Source: an uncultured Aestuariivirga sp.
GTDB taxonomy: Bacteria > Pseudomonadota > Alphaproteobacteria > Rhizobiales > Aestuariivirgaceae
Length of the DNA stretch: 64,000 nucleotides
Assembly (NCBI GenBank): GCA_964247245.1
Contig: CAXTTK010000013.1
Location: 17,905 to 81,904 of the forward strand
Direction of reading: 5' to 3'
Part shown: positions 28,834 to 39,371 of the stretch, piece by piece
How positions within the stretch are numbered: position 1 is the stretch's first letter
Layout: every line of letters starts with the position of its first letter
Made by a program: the position numbers and the translations under genes
Notes under the pieces: model-generated
What the model was told of the DNA's origin: nothing
The model's database searches: none
Seen by the model: the letters and a program-made list of their open reading frames with translations, nothing else

Positions 28834-31383
28834 CTACTGTCTGTGTACAAGGCAGTCGCGTTCGCCCGCCGCAAAAAGCGACGAACAAAGGCTAGATGCG
28901 ACACTCGACGTTGCCATAGGGCCAATATTGAGACGGTAACGCGTACTGCCCAGCACATTTGCTTGCTCAATTATAGGAGCATACCGTTTTATGATCTCAC
29001 CATGCTTTGCAACTAGGCGAGAGTATTCTGCACTGGCTTCACTTTTGCTTTTGAACGACGCCAATTGTGCAACATAAGCACCTGTTGCAACGGCAGGTGA
29101 TGGTGCAGTAACGCGCGGCGCAGCTGCTGCAACCTGCTGAGCAGGAACGATAGGAGCGGGCGCTGCTACAACTGCTGGAGCCTCGGTTACGGGTGCTGCG
29201 ACCTGAGTATCGGTTTTAAACAGATCAAGCAAAGTTTTGCGCTTTTTTGGTGCTTCAACGGGCGCAGCAGCAACCTGACCAGCGCTCGTCTGGTCAACTT
29301 CTGAATTGCCATAAAGTCCACCATTTGAAGAAGTCGTCGTCGCATTCGATCCAACAACTAGTGCTTCAGTTTGGGCAGAGGACGGTTTATTTTTGAGTGC
29401 TAATTTTGAAGGTGGAACCAAAACAACTGGCTTAGAACCAAGTGACTTTGTTATTGCTTCAGCAGTCGCAACTTTCTTCGCCATCAGCTTTTTGTCTTTG
29501 GCAGCAGGTGCTGGCGCAGCGGTCGTATCTGTGATTGCATCAACAGCTGGTTTTGAAGTTTCCGCTTTGGAGGCGAGAACATCAGAACCAGCTGCGACAG
29601 CAGTGCCGGTGCTAGATGGTGGTGGAGCAACATTGGAAACTGCGCCTGCCACTTGAGAGGCGCCGGCAATAACTGAACTTGTTTCAGCTCCACCCGTCAC
29701 AGGCGTGCCAGGAACCACAGGCAGCGCATCTGCCGCCGAGCTTGCGCCGGCGGCAGGGTTTATCATCGCTTGATCAGCTTTTCCTGCATCGCTTTTTCCA
29801 GCAGGTTCAAGAGAGCCTTGCGTTCCGTTTGTTCCACCGGGTGGCGGAGGAAGCGGTAACGGCGTTCCATCATTTCCTGTACCAGCAGATGGCGCAGGTA
29901 TGGCATCAGCAGGTGCGGCACCCGTTCCTGTTGCAGGCTGCACTGGAGCGCTATTATTAGAAGGTTGAACAGGCTTTTCTTCGCTTGGCACCAACTGACC
30001 ACCTAGAACTTCGCGATCACCCACGATGCGATCGTAAATCAGTTTCTTAGAAGAGTTTGCAGCTTTACCAGCTGCAGCATTGTCTGTTGCAGTTGCATCA
30101 GGCGCTGCCTTCGCGGGTTTCTCAGGGGCAGCAACAACCGGAACATTGTTTTGCGTAGTCCCAGCGATACGGCCACCATTCTTGATGTAATTATTGTATC
30201 CCCACCAACCCAACAGGCCAGCGACAACCGCCAGCGCTAACAGCGAAAGCAGAATGAGTGGCGTATATGAACGAGGTGGCTCTTCTTCATAGCCAGTCTC
30301 CACGTCACGGTAAGCTTGGCTATATTCATCGGCGGTCGTACGTCTCTGAGCGCGGGGTGCGGGTTGTTCAAAAATATCATCCTCTTCACCTTCCGCAAAC
30401 TGCACAGCCGGTGCTTGGCGCGCAGGCGGGTTAGCAAGCCTTGGATTAGCCCGCGGTTCCGCACCAAAGCCGGGCTGCGTTGAGTTAAACCCAGTCATAG
30501 GTGGCCGCTGTTGTGGCACCTGCAAACGAGGCTGAGGTTGTTGTGCGCCAGCAGTTTGGTAAGGTTGGCGCATTTGTGGATTAAATGGCGGGGGCGGCGT
30601 ATAGCCTGTCGCCGGATCGATTGGCCTATAATTAGGAGGTGGCACAGGCGCATAGCCCTGCGGTGCTGGCTGATAACCCGGCGGATATTGGTTTGGCTGC
30701 GGAGGATAATAGGGCTGCCCCTGAGGGTAAGCCGAGCCTTGAGGATATGTCTGTGGCTGATAGGACGGTGGAGGTGGCACAGCGCGTGGTGGTAAAGCTT
30801 GCGCGCCGCCCAGCGGTGGGCGTGGCGGGGCGATTTGATTAGAATAGCCTGATTGTGGTTGCGGTACAGGAGGGGCAGTGCGCTGCACTTGCGTTCCCGA
30901 ACGCGACGCAGGTTGAGCAGCGGCCGGACGAACAGCAGCCTTCGGCTCATCATCAGCAAAAGTGAACTTTGGTTTTTCAGCGCCATTGGCGGCAGGAGAA
31001 ACTGCAGCCTCGGCTCTTTGCTTAGCCGCAGCGACACGTTGCTCTGCTAACTTCTCTGCAGCATCTCGCTGAGCCTTTAATTTATTTGCCAATGCATCAG
31101 GCGAAACAACGGGAGGACGTGGAGCAGTAGCCTGTGCAGCAGGTCGCGCCGATCCGGGTGCAGGCGCAGGTTTTGCCGCTGGCCGAGGTGCCATAGGTGC
31201 AGGACGAACACCAGGTGCAGGCGCGGCCTTTGTCTGAACAACTTCTGGCTCGGACGTAGGTTTGAAATCGCCAGCAACCTTGGGCATATCCTTTCCAGCA
31301 ACAATAACACTATCCTTAGTGCCAATGCCAAGGCGCTCGCGCCAGTTGCGTTTATCCGTGCCACCCGTCGAATTTTGGTCCAT
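28834..31383 (-). CDS. SPOR-domain protein with very long Pro/Ala/Gln-rich low-complexity region and one TM segment
   Basis: Start trimmed to MDQNSTGG so that it no longer overlaps argS. C-terminal SPOR domain (YVAQLASFKSKSEA...YRLNIGP). Confidence 0.75.
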   Translation of the reverse strand: MDQNSTGGTDKRNWRERLGIGTKDSVIVAGKDMPKVAGDFKPTSEPEVVQTKAAPAPGVRPAPMAPRPAAKPAPAPGSARPAAQATAPRPPVVSPDALANKLKAQRDAAEKLAEQRVAAAKQRAEAAVSPAANGAEKPKFTFADDEPKAAVRPAAAQPASRSGTQVQRTAPPVPQPQSGYSNQIAPPRPPLGGAQALPPRAVPPPPSYQPQTYPQGSAYPQGQPYYPPQPNQYPPGYQPAPQGYAPVPPPNYRPIDPATGYTPPPPFNPQMRQPYQTAGAQQPQPRLQVPQQRPPMTGFNSTQPGFGAEPRANPRLANPPARQAPAVQFAEGEEDDIFEQPAPRAQRRTTADEYSQAYRDVETGYEEEPPRSYTPLILLSLLALAVVAGLLGWWGYNNYIKNGGRIAGTTQNNVPVVAAPEKPAKAAPDATATDNAAAGKAANSSKKLIYDRIVGDREVLGGQLVPSEEKPVQPSNNSAPVQPATGTGAAPADAIPAPSAGTGNDGTPLPLPPPPGGTNGTQGSLEPAGKSDAGKADQAMINPAAGASSAADALPVVPGTPVTGGAETSSVIAGASQVAGAVSNVAPPPSSTGTAVAAGSDVLASKAETSKPAVDAITDTTAAPAPAAKDKKLMAKKVATAEAITKSLGSKPVVLVPPSKLALKNKPSSAQTEALVVGSNATTTSSNGGLYGNSEVDQTSAGQVAAAPVEAPKKRKTLLDLFKTDTQVAAPVTEAPAVVAAPAPIVPAQQVAAAAPRVTAPSPAVATGAYVAQLASFKSKSEASAEYSRLVAKHGEIIKRYAPIIEQANVLGSTRYRLNIGPMATSSVASSLCSSLFAAGERDCLVHRQ

Positions 31384-31400
31384 TGTCACTTCATCCGTTG

Positions 31401-33137
31401 TTACATTTCCGAGGCGGGTTGAACGCCAAGGAGCCCGAGACCATTTGCTAGACAATAGCGAATCACCCTCAGGAAAGCGAGCCGCGTTAATGTTATGTTA
31501 TCCTGATCTTGCAAAATAAATCTTAATTGCGGCAGTTCTTTGCCCTTATTCCATAAAGAATGAAAATCACTCGCTAAGTCATAGAGATAGAACGATATTC
31601 TGTGGGGTTCATGGGCCATCGCAGCAGCCTCAATAACCCGTGGAAAAGCCGCAATCCTTAAGATCAGCGCCTTTTCAGCCTCATCCGTCAACAAACTGAA
31701 GTCAATTATTGCATCAGATTTATGTCCCGCCGCCTCGGCATTACGCAAAACTGAGCAAATCCGAGCATGGGCATATTGCACGTAAAACACCGGATTATCT
31801 TTTGACTGCTCGGTGACTTTTGCGAAATCGAAATCCAGAGGTGCTTCATTTTTGCGGTAGAGCATCATAAAGCGAACAACATCTGGACCGACCTCTTCCA
31901 CGACTTCGCGCAATGTCACAAACTCACCCGCGCGCTTGGACATGCGCACAGGCTCCCCATTGCGGAAAAGTTTTACAAGTTGGCAAAGTTTGGCGTCAAC
32001 TTGAACAGCACCCGGCCCTGCAAGCGCTGATGCAACAGCTTGCAGCCTCTTAACATAACCACCATGGTCCGCACCCAGCACATAGATCAGTTGCTTGAAG
32101 CCACGATCAATTTTGTTTTGACTATACGCAACATCGGATGCGAAATACGTAAAGCTGCCATCAGACTTGAGCAGAGCGCGATCAACATCGTCGCCAAGCG
32201 CAGTCGACCTGAACAATGTCTGTTCGCGGTCTTCCCAATCTTCATTCACCTCGCCCTTTGGCGGCGGTAAGCGGCCCTCATAAACATCACCAGATGCACG
32301 AAGCTTGGCGATTGTTTTGGCAACCGAGCCATCACTCTGCAAAGATCTTTCTGAAAAGAAAACTTCTTGTTTTATATCGAGCGAAGCGAGATCGTCACGG
32401 ATCATATCCATCATCATTGATATGGACTTATCACGCACCACCGGCAGCCAATCATTTCTGCCCAGAAGTGACTTGCCATATTCTTTAGCAAGTGCCTCGC
32501 CAACTGGCTTCAAATAATCACCAGGATAAAGCCCAGCAGGAATTTCACCAATGTCTTCGCCCAGCGCCTCACGGTAACGCAAATATGCTGACTCTGCCAA
32601 GACGTTCACTTGTCCGCCTGCGTCATTCATATAATATTCTTTGGTCACATCATAACCAGTGAATTTCAGCAGCGAAGCAAGTGCATCGCCAAATACTGCG
32701 CCCCTGCAATGGCCAACATGCAAAGGGCCGGTGGGATTTGCAGAAACATATTCGACGTTCACTTTTTCATTTGCACCGACTTTCGAAGAACCAAATTGAT
32801 CAGCTTGATCAAGTGCCGACTGTAACACACGCGGCCAAATCGTTTCTTTCAATTTGATATTGATAAACCCAGGGCCTGCAACTGTGACAGCCGCCGTATC
32901 AGCATCCGCAGCCAATAACGGCACTAATAAATCCGCAACCGCGCGCGGGTTCAGACCTGCAGGTTTAGCTAGCACCATTGCTGCGTTAACCGCCACATCT
33001 CCATGGGTAGCGTCGCGCGGCGGCTCAGTCGTCAACTTGCTCAGGTCCAGCCCAGCAGGCAGCTTACCCTGCTCCACAAGGGTCTCAACAACGGCTGCAA
33101 CAACACCCTGAAAATGGGCGAAAAGATTCATGCGCAA
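31401..33137 (-). CDS. argS: Arginine--tRNA ligase
   Basis: 578 aa. Motifs [12 protein letters not shown] and MSKR. Confidence 0.95.
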   Translation of the reverse strand: MRMNLFAHFQGVVAAVVETLVEQGKLPAGLDLSKLTTEPPRDATHGDVAVNAAMVLAKPAGLNPRAVADLLVPLLAADADTAAVTVAGPGFINIKLKETIWPRVLQSALDQADQFGSSKVGANEKVNVEYVSANPTGPLHVGHCRGAVFGDALASLLKFTGYDVTKEYYMNDAGGQVNVLAESAYLRYREALGEDIGEIPAGLYPGDYLKPVGEALAKEYGKSLLGRNDWLPVVRDKSISMMMDMIRDDLASLDIKQEVFFSERSLQSDGSVAKTIAKLRASGDVYEGRLPPPKGEVNEDWEDREQTLFRSTALGDDVDRALLKSDGSFTYFASDVAYSQNKIDRGFKQLIYVLGADHGGYVKRLQAVASALAGPGAVQVDAKLCQLVKLFRNGEPVRMSKRAGEFVTLREVVEEVGPDVVRFMMLYRKNEAPLDFDFAKVTEQSKDNPVFYVQYAHARICSVLRNAEAAGHKSDAIIDFSLLTDEAEKALILRIAAFPRVIEAAAMAHEPHRISFYLYDLASDFHSLWNKGKELPQLRFILQDQDNITLTRLAFLRVIRYCLANGLGLLGVQPASEM

Positions 33138-33149
33138 GCCCCCATTTTG

Positions 33150-33234
33150 TCGTCATTCCCGCGAAGGCGGGAATCCAACTTTAACCAAAGCGAAAAAGCA
33201 TCAAGTTGGATTCCCGCCTTCGCGGGAATGACGG
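33150..33234. repeat. REP-like extragenic palindrome pair
   Basis: TCGTCATTCCCGCGAAGGCGGGAATCCAACTT (33150-33181) and AAGTTGGATTCCCGCCTTCGCGGGAATGACGG (33203-33234) are inverted copies. Translation of this element gives the spurious IPAFAGMTD peptide in the track. Confidence 0.9.
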
Positions 33235-33297
33235 ATTGAGAGAGTGACGACAAGTGATTCATAACCTTTGATATTTTCGTATTGTTCAGTGCGCTGA

Positions 33298-34530
33298 CTA
33301 TCGGAAAAGTGGGTCGAGGTCAAACAAACGCTTGTGTTGATCAAGCGCATAGCGATCCGTCATGCCCGCAATAAAATCGCACACTTGTCTGGCATATCGG
33401 CTCTGATCTGAAATGGGGTGATCTTCGCGCCAATCAGATGGAAGCAATTTTTCGTCATTCATATAAGCATCGAACAAATCCCTGATCACGCGTTGCGCCC
33501 GTTCCATGATTTCCAGCACGCGCGCATGGCGATACATTTTTAACGACAAGAAACCTTGCAGAACTTTGTTGTTCTCGCGCATTTGGGCGCCAAATTGGAT
33601 TAGAGGTTTTCCCAGTTCGCGCACTGCATCACTCGACTTAACATGAGACTTCGAAATATTCTTGTGCCCTTCCGCCAATACATCAGCCACCATTGCGGAA
33701 ATTAATCGCCGAACCGTTTCGTGGATCACGCGGTTGGTATCAAGATCGGGATAAGCCGTCAGCACCTCACCCAGCGCCTGCCCAGCCAGCGGAATATCAC
33801 CAAGATCGATGATGTTAAAAAGCTTGGCCCGAAGGCCGTCATCAACATCATGCGCATTATACGCAATGTCATCCGACACGGCCGCCACTTGCGCTTCTGC
33901 TGATGCATAACTGGATAATTTCAGATCATGCACTTCTGCATATTCAATGATCGCAGCGGGCAAACCCTTTTCTGCATAATGCCCTAAAGCATGGCCTTCA
34001 GCATCAACCAAAGGCCCGTTATGTTTGACGAGGCCTTCGAGCGTTTCCCATGTCAAGTTCAACCCATCAAAGGCCGCATAGCGCCGTTCAAGCTTGGTCA
34101 CGATGCGAAGTGATTGTGCATTATGATCAAAGCCACCGTAAGGCTTCATCAATTTATCCAACTCGCGCTCGCCCGCATGGCCAAAAGGCGTGTGCCCCAA
34201 GTCATGAGCCAACGCCAGAGCCTCAGTCAAATCCTCATCAAGCCGCAAAACCCGCGCAATCGAACGAGCCACCTGCGCCACCTCAATGCTATGAGTGAGA
34301 CGAGTTCTGAAATGATCACCCTCGTGAAACACGAAAACCTGGGTTTTGTGTTTCAGCCTGCGAAACGCAGATGAATGAATAATCCGGTCGCGGTCTCGCG
34401 CGAAAACACTGCGCGACGGCGCGTCTGGCTCGGCCACAACCCTACCCCGGCTGTGGTTAAAATGGGCCGCATATGGCGCTAGACTCGACATAAAACTGAC
34501 CATTGACATTTTCGCGCGAAAACACAACAT
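33298..34530 (-). CDS. dgt: dGTP triphosphohydrolase-like HD-domain protein
   Basis: Motifs RDRDRIIHSSAFRRL and HSIEVAQV...HDLGHTPFGH. The start is uncertain, with ATGs at 34530, 34509, 34503 and 34491. Confidence 0.85.
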   Translation of the reverse strand: MLCFRAKMSMVSFMSSLAPYAAHFNHSRGRVVAEPDAPSRSVFARDRDRIIHSSAFRRLKHKTQVFVFHEGDHFRTRLTHSIEVAQVARSIARVLRLDEDLTEALALAHDLGHTPFGHAGERELDKLMKPYGGFDHNAQSLRIVTKLERRYAAFDGLNLTWETLEGLVKHNGPLVDAEGHALGHYAEKGLPAAIIEYAEVHDLKLSSYASAEAQVAAVSDDIAYNAHDVDDGLRAKLFNIIDLGDIPLAGQALGEVLTAYPDLDTNRVIHETVRRLISAMVADVLAEGHKNISKSHVKSSDAVRELGKPLIQFGAQMRENNKVLQGFLSLKMYRHARVLEIMERAQRVIRDLFDAYMNDEKLLPSDWREDHPISDQSRYARQVCDFIAGMTDRYALDQHKRLFDLDPLFR

Positions 34531-34537
34531 CTACGCC

Positions 34538-34870
34538 ATGTCCGAACCAGAAATCAGTGTCACCGCCCGCGCCGCCAAGCGCATTCATGAGATTGCGGCC
34601 AAACAACAAGCTGCCGCAGCCCTGCGCATCGCAGTAAATGGCGGCGGCTGCTCCGGCTTCCAATATGATTTCGTGTTCAGCGATAAATCCGAAGACGATG
34701 ACCGGGTCTTTGAACGTGACGGTGCACGGGTTTTAATTGATGCAACATCGCTTGGTTTCATGGCCGGGTCTGAGCTCGATTTTATCGATGATCTGATGGG
34801 CCAGTCTTTCCGCATTCAAAACCCGCTCGCCAAATCATCTTGCGGCTGCGGCACAAGTTTCTCGTTATAA
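34538..34870 (+). CDS. erpA: Iron-sulfur cluster insertion protein (HesB/IscA family)
   Basis: 110 aa. Motif GGGCSGFQY and C-terminal CGCGTSF. Confidence 0.85.
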   Translation: MSEPEISVTARAAKRIHEIAAKQQAAAALRIAVNGGGCSGFQYDFVFSDKSEDDDRVFERDGARVLIDATSLGFMAGSELDFIDDLMGQSFRIQNPLAKSSCGCGTSFSL

Positions 34871-35649
34871 TGCGCATTGCCACGTGGAACGTAAATTCCG
34901 TTAAAGCCCATCTCGAATCTGTCACCACATGGCTGCGTGAAGCAAAACCAGATGTCGTGTGCCTGCAAGAAATCAAATGCGAAGATCATGCCTTCCCCGT
35001 CGCACATTTTGAAGAATTAGGCTACCGCTCAGCAATTCATGGCCAGAAAACCTATAATGGCGTAGCCCTGCTCTCAAAACTGCCGATGGAAGATGTGCAG
35101 CGAGGGTTACCCGGCGATCCCGCTGATGAACAGGCAAGATTCATCGCCGCGACAGTGATCGATGGCAGCAAAGCTGTGCGTGTGTGCGGCCTCTATCTGC
35201 CAAACGGCAACCCTGCCCCCGGCCCCAAATATGATTATAAATTGGCTTGGACGGAGCGGCTTAAAACATTCACCCAAGCTGAACTTAAAAAAGAAGAACC
35301 CTTCGTTTTAGCTGGCGATTACAACGTAATTCCCAACCCAGAGGATGCGCGCAGCCCACAAAACTGGCTGACAGACGCGCTGTTTTTGCCACAAACCCGT
35401 CAATCGTTCCGCGAGCTTCTCGCACTCGGCCTCACAGAATCATTCCGTGCACTTTATCCTTCAAAAGTCGAATACAGCTTCTGGGACTATCAGGCCGGCG
35501 CATGGCCTAAAAACAATGGCATAAGAATTGATCATCTGCTTTTATCGCCGCAAGCCGCCGACAAATTGCTAAGCGTTGAAATCCACAAATACGTGCGCGG
35601 CCATGACAAGCCTTCCGACCACGTCCCAGTATTGATCGAACTGCAATAA
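34870..35649 (+). CDS. xth: Exodeoxyribonuclease III
   Basis: Start trimmed to MRIATWNVNS (TAATG overlap with erpA). C-terminal motif SDHVPV. Confidence 0.9.
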   Translation: MRIATWNVNSVKAHLESVTTWLREAKPDVVCLQEIKCEDHAFPVAHFEELGYRSAIHGQKTYNGVALLSKLPMEDVQRGLPGDPADEQARFIAATVIDGSKAVRVCGLYLPNGNPAPGPKYDYKLAWTERLKTFTQAELKKEEPFVLAGDYNVIPNPEDARSPQNWLTDALFLPQTRQSFRELLALGLTESFRALYPSKVEYSFWDYQAGAWPKNNGIRIDHLLLSPQAADKLLSVEIHKYVRGHDKPSDHVPVLIELQ

Positions 35650-35703
35650 AAAACCCGCCGATTTTCACCAGCGGGCTCTTAAACCTTTAACTCAGTTACA
35701 AAC

Positions 35704-36066
35704 TTACTTTGTAACAGGAGCCTTCACGCCGAAAGCAGCAAAGCTTGCTTCGAATGGCTTGAATGCGCTCTTTGCAGCAGCAGCATAAAGCTCGCCGAGC
35801 TTTGTGAATTCAGCAACAGTTGCGTCAAAAGTTTCTTTTGCAAAAGCTTGTTGAACGGCAACAGCGTTTTCAAAAGACTTAGCAGCAACAGCTTTTTCCC
35901 AATGGCTGGCCGACTTTTCGAAGGATTTCTTCGAGAAATCAGCAACTTCGGTGGCAACAGCTTGATAACCCTTGGTCATCGCAGCGGTCGAAGCAGTCAT
36001 TGCTTCTATGCCATCTTTGCTGGCGGATTGCATATCTTCAAATGATTTCATCATGGTATTCTCCAA
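35704..36066 (-). CDS. Phasin-family protein
   Basis: 120 aa, Ala-rich and helical, with typical alphaproteobacterial phasin composition. Confidence 0.7.
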   Translation of the reverse strand: MENTMMKSFEDMQSASKDGIEAMTASTAAMTKGYQAVATEVADFSKKSFEKSASHWEKAVAAKSFENAVAVQQAFAKETFDATVAEFTKLGELYAAAAKSAFKPFEASFAAFGVKAPVTK

Positions 36067-36329
36067 TCAGTACGGGGGTTGATAAATTCGATGCACCATA
36101 TCTAGGTGCACTGCAACATGAAGTCAAGTATTATTTTGCATTGCAACATAAACTCGTTTTCGACTATCAAGCACCATAGAATTCGACTCGGCATTTACCC
36201 CTTGGTAAGTCTGAGGCATCTAATGGTTAACCCAGTATTGTGACGATTGTGGGGGATCATCATAAAATCGGTGTGTCTGCGGGTTGGTGCTTTGTGATAA
36301 GCGACACCTGCTTGAAGGTGGAAGATTTA

Positions 36330-37715
36330 ATGTTTGTAACCAACTTTGCGATGAAGTTAAGAACTTTAGCAGCACTTTGCTTGATGGCTTCTATGGTCTT
36401 TGTGCCTTCTGCTTATGCAAAGCCACAATTCTCCGCCGTCACAGTTGATGCCCGCACCGGCTCAATTTTATTCAGCGACAACCCAGATGGCTTGCGCCAC
36501 CCCGCCTCTCTCACAAAAATGATGACGCTCTATGTCTTGTTCCAAGATTTGAAAGCGGGCCGCATCAATCGTAACACACAGTTTCGCGTTTCGGCCCGCG
36601 CCGCAGCAATGGCGCCCTCAAAGCTCGGCCTCCGCGCTGGCATGACAATTACCGTTGATGAAGCGATTAAGGCACTCGTAACAAAATCAGCAAATGACGC
36701 CGCAGCCACCATCGCTGAAAATCTTGGTGGTACTGAATCTAATTTTGCGGCCCGCATGACTCGTGTAGCGCGCACGATTGGTATGAGCCGCTCATCATTT
36801 CACAACGCTTCAGGCTTGCCCAATCCAGATCAATATACAACGGCGCGCGACATGGCCACATTGGGCCTGCGTTTGATGCGCGACTTCCCACAATATTATC
36901 CCTATTTCCGGATCACTTCTTTTAACTTTCATGGCCGCACAATCCGCACTCACAATAAACTGGTCGAGCATTATGCAGGCACTGATGGGATTAAAACAGG
37001 TTATGTCGCCGCTTCAGGTTATAATTTGGTGACATCTACAAAACGCGGCGACAAACGCTTGGTTGGCGTTGTTCTTGGTGCTCGCTCCTCTGTAGCGCGC
37101 GGTGCCTATATGATGCGCATGTTAGAAAGTAAGTTTGCGCAAGCGAAAGGCGGCGAAACCGTTGCGGCCCTTGCAGGTTCGTCTAAAGGCGTCATCAATC
37201 CTGTCGCCACAGCCACAGAATCCGCCACAGCACAAACCCCAAGCCAAGATGAAAAGACCCAATTGGCTGATGCCGCAGCAAGCGCTGCGGGTGATCAAAC
37301 AAGTGATGAGGATCAAGCCGACGTCGCCTCCACGACGCCAGTTACACCAAAAGTAATTGAAGCAAACCTCGCACCTGTTGACGGCAAGAAGAAGCCATCC
37401 GGCAAATTGCCCTTTGAAGTGAAATCTGCTTCTGCAGAACCAAATACGCTGGCAGACAGCATAACCCAAAGCTGGAATATTCAGATTGGCGCTTATCCTG
37501 ACAAACAGCAGGCCCAGGCCAAACTGACGGCTCTCAAGGGCAAAGCGATCGCTTCTCTTGAAGGAAAAGCTGCTTATACGATCGGCGTTCAAAAGGCTGG
37601 CGGAACCATATACCGCGCGCGTTTTGCCGGCTTTGATTCTGAGACTGCCAAAAAGGCCTGCGCAAAAATTGTAAGCCTTGGCGAAAAATGTGTTGCCGTT
37701 TCCCCGCAGTCTTGA
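36330..37715 (+). CDS. Serine-type D-Ala-D-Ala carboxypeptidase (S11) with C-terminal SPOR domain
   Basis: Contains SLTK (SxxK), SAND (SxN) and KTG motifs, a signal peptide and a C-terminal SPOR domain (WNIQIGAY...YRARFAGF). The start is ATG 36330 or 36351. Confidence 0.8.
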   Translation: MFVTNFAMKLRTLAALCLMASMVFVPSAYAKPQFSAVTVDARTGSILFSDNPDGLRHPASLTKMMTLYVLFQDLKAGRINRNTQFRVSARAAAMAPSKLGLRAGMTITVDEAIKALVTKSANDAAATIAENLGGTESNFAARMTRVARTIGMSRSSFHNASGLPNPDQYTTARDMATLGLRLMRDFPQYYPYFRITSFNFHGRTIRTHNKLVEHYAGTDGIKTGYVAASGYNLVTSTKRGDKRLVGVVLGARSSVARGAYMMRMLESKFAQAKGGETVAALAGSSKGVINPVATATESATAQTPSQDEKTQLADAAASAAGDQTSDEDQADVASTTPVTPKVIEANLAPVDGKKKPSGKLPFEVKSASAEPNTLADSITQSWNIQIGAYPDKQQAQAKLTALKGKAIASLEGKAAYTIGVQKAGGTIYRARFAGFDSETAKKACAKIVSLGEKCVAVSPQS

Positions 37716-37802
37716 CTCCACTCATAGACAGACTACTCTTAGCTCCCGCTTTAATTTATCTGCCAAACTTGGACACTCGTCTGCAAGCGCAGCAGGAGGT
37801 CT

Positions 37803-39206
37803 ATGATGAACATTAAACCAAACAACCGTTTCAACGCAGCAGAAATCTGGGAAAAAGACCGCGCCCATTTCATGCATCCGTGGACACATTTCGACAGTTT
37901 CAAAGCCGAAGGCTCGATGATCGTGGCTGAAGCCAGCGGCTGTATGATTAAAGATTCAAACGGCAAAGAATATCTCGACGGCCTTGGCGGCATGTGGTGT
38001 GTGAATGTCGGCTATGGCCGCAATGAAATTGCCGAGGTGATGGCCGACCAAGCAAGGCAACTCGCATACGCTAATCCTTTCGTCGACATGACGAATGCTC
38101 CGGCCGCCGAACTTGCAGCAAAACTTGCTGAACTCGCGCCTGAAGGGCTCAATCACGTATTTTTCTCTTTATCGGGCTCATGTGCAAATGACACAGCGAT
38201 TAGAATTGCACATTTTTATCACGCACGTCGCGGCGAACCATCACGCAAGCATATTATATCACGCTTAAACTCATATCACGGCTCAACCTATCTCGGCATA
38301 TCGATGGGTAACCGCGAAGGAGACCGCACTCCGAATTTTCATTACATTAACGACTTCATCCACCATCTTTCAGCGCCCTACCCTTACCGCCGCCCCGAAG
38401 GAATGACCGAGGACCGGTTCACTGATTTTTTGGTGGATGAATTCAAAGCTAAAATCAAACAACTGGGCAAAGAAAATATCGCTGCATTCATAGCAGAACC
38501 AATTCAAGGTTCAGGCGGCGTCGTCGTTCCACCCAAGGGCTATCTAAAACGTATGGCCGCAGTGGCAAAAGAAAACGGCATCCTTTTCATCGCCGATGAA
38601 GTGGTTACCGCTTTCGGTAGATTGGGCCATTGGTTTGCGAGTTATGATGTCTTTGGCTTCACGCCAGATATGATCGTATGCGCCAAAGGCCTCACATCTG
38701 GTTATCTGCCACTCGGCGCAACAATATTTTCCGACGAGGTATACGAAGCCATCAGCGCACCGGACCCTGACGTCTGGTTCGCTCACGGCTTTACATATTC
38801 GGGCCACCCCGTGTGCTGTGCGGTAGGCCTCAAAAATATCGAAATCATCGAACGCGAAGATTTGCTCGGAAACGCTGCCAGAGTGGGCGACCATTTTGAG
38901 AAGCGATTGAAAGAGCTCGAATCCCTGCCACTCGTAGGCCAAGTGCGCGGCCAGCGACTTATGATGTGCGTTGAGTATGTGGCCAACAAAGAAACCAAAC
39001 AGCATTTGGCTGACGAGATTAACATCTCCAAACGAATTTCAAATGTGTGCGAAAGCCAAGGGCTTCTCGTCCGCCCAATTGGCCATCTCGATGTCATGTC
39101 ACCGCCGCTCACGCTTTCGATGAAAGAGGCAGATTTTATTGTTGATACGCTTGGTGGCGCTATTGAAGAAGTTGCGCGTGATTTGAAAGCAGAAGGGTTG
39201 ATTTAG
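37803..39206 (+). CDS. Class III (omega) aminotransferase
   Basis: 467 aa. Motifs FIADEVVTAFGRLG and CAKGLTSGYLPLG (PLP lysine). Confidence 0.85.
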   Translation: MMNIKPNNRFNAAEIWEKDRAHFMHPWTHFDSFKAEGSMIVAEASGCMIKDSNGKEYLDGLGGMWCVNVGYGRNEIAEVMADQARQLAYANPFVDMTNAPAAELAAKLAELAPEGLNHVFFSLSGSCANDTAIRIAHFYHARRGEPSRKHIISRLNSYHGSTYLGISMGNREGDRTPNFHYINDFIHHLSAPYPYRRPEGMTEDRFTDFLVDEFKAKIKQLGKENIAAFIAEPIQGSGGVVVPPKGYLKRMAAVAKENGILFIADEVVTAFGRLGHWFASYDVFGFTPDMIVCAKGLTSGYLPLGATIFSDEVYEAISAPDPDVWFAHGFTYSGHPVCCAVGLKNIEIIEREDLLGNAARVGDHFEKRLKELESLPLVGQVRGQRLMMCVEYVANKETKQHLADEINISKRISNVCESQGLLVRPIGHLDVMSPPLTLSMKEADFIVDTLGGAIEEVARDLKAEGLI

Positions 39207-39249
39207 GGCGAAGGTTGGGACGGTCAGCTGGATTCAACTTCACTCTCTG

Positions 39250-39334
39250 CCGTCTTTCCCGCGCAGGCGGGAATCCAACGTCGCCGCATTTTGCGCTGTT
39301 GCAAGTTGGATCCCCGCTTGCGCGGGGATGACGG
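39250..39334. repeat. REP-like extragenic palindrome pair (more diverged left half)
   Basis: CCGTCTTTCCCGCGCAGGCGGGAATCCAAC (39250-39279) and AAGTTGGATCCCCGCTTGCGCGGGGATGACGG (39303-39334). Confidence 0.8.
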
Positions 39335-39371
39335 TTTATTTTGATGTTGATAACGTCAACAACTTTCTAAC

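Noticed and set aside
29000-31300. Repetitive-looking DNA and many long ORFs on both strands (for example 30495-31037 and 31077-31364).
   Set aside because: This is low-complexity Pro/Ala/Gln coding sequence of the SPOR protein. It is not a tandem repeat array or CRISPR, and the other frames are by-products of the composition.
33003-33239. A 78-aa ORF ending in ...[12 protein letters not shown] (similarly ORF 4383-4571, ...VTPAKAGAQLS).
   Set aside because: These are translations of the REP-like palindromes. Such peptides are a well-known annotation artefact.
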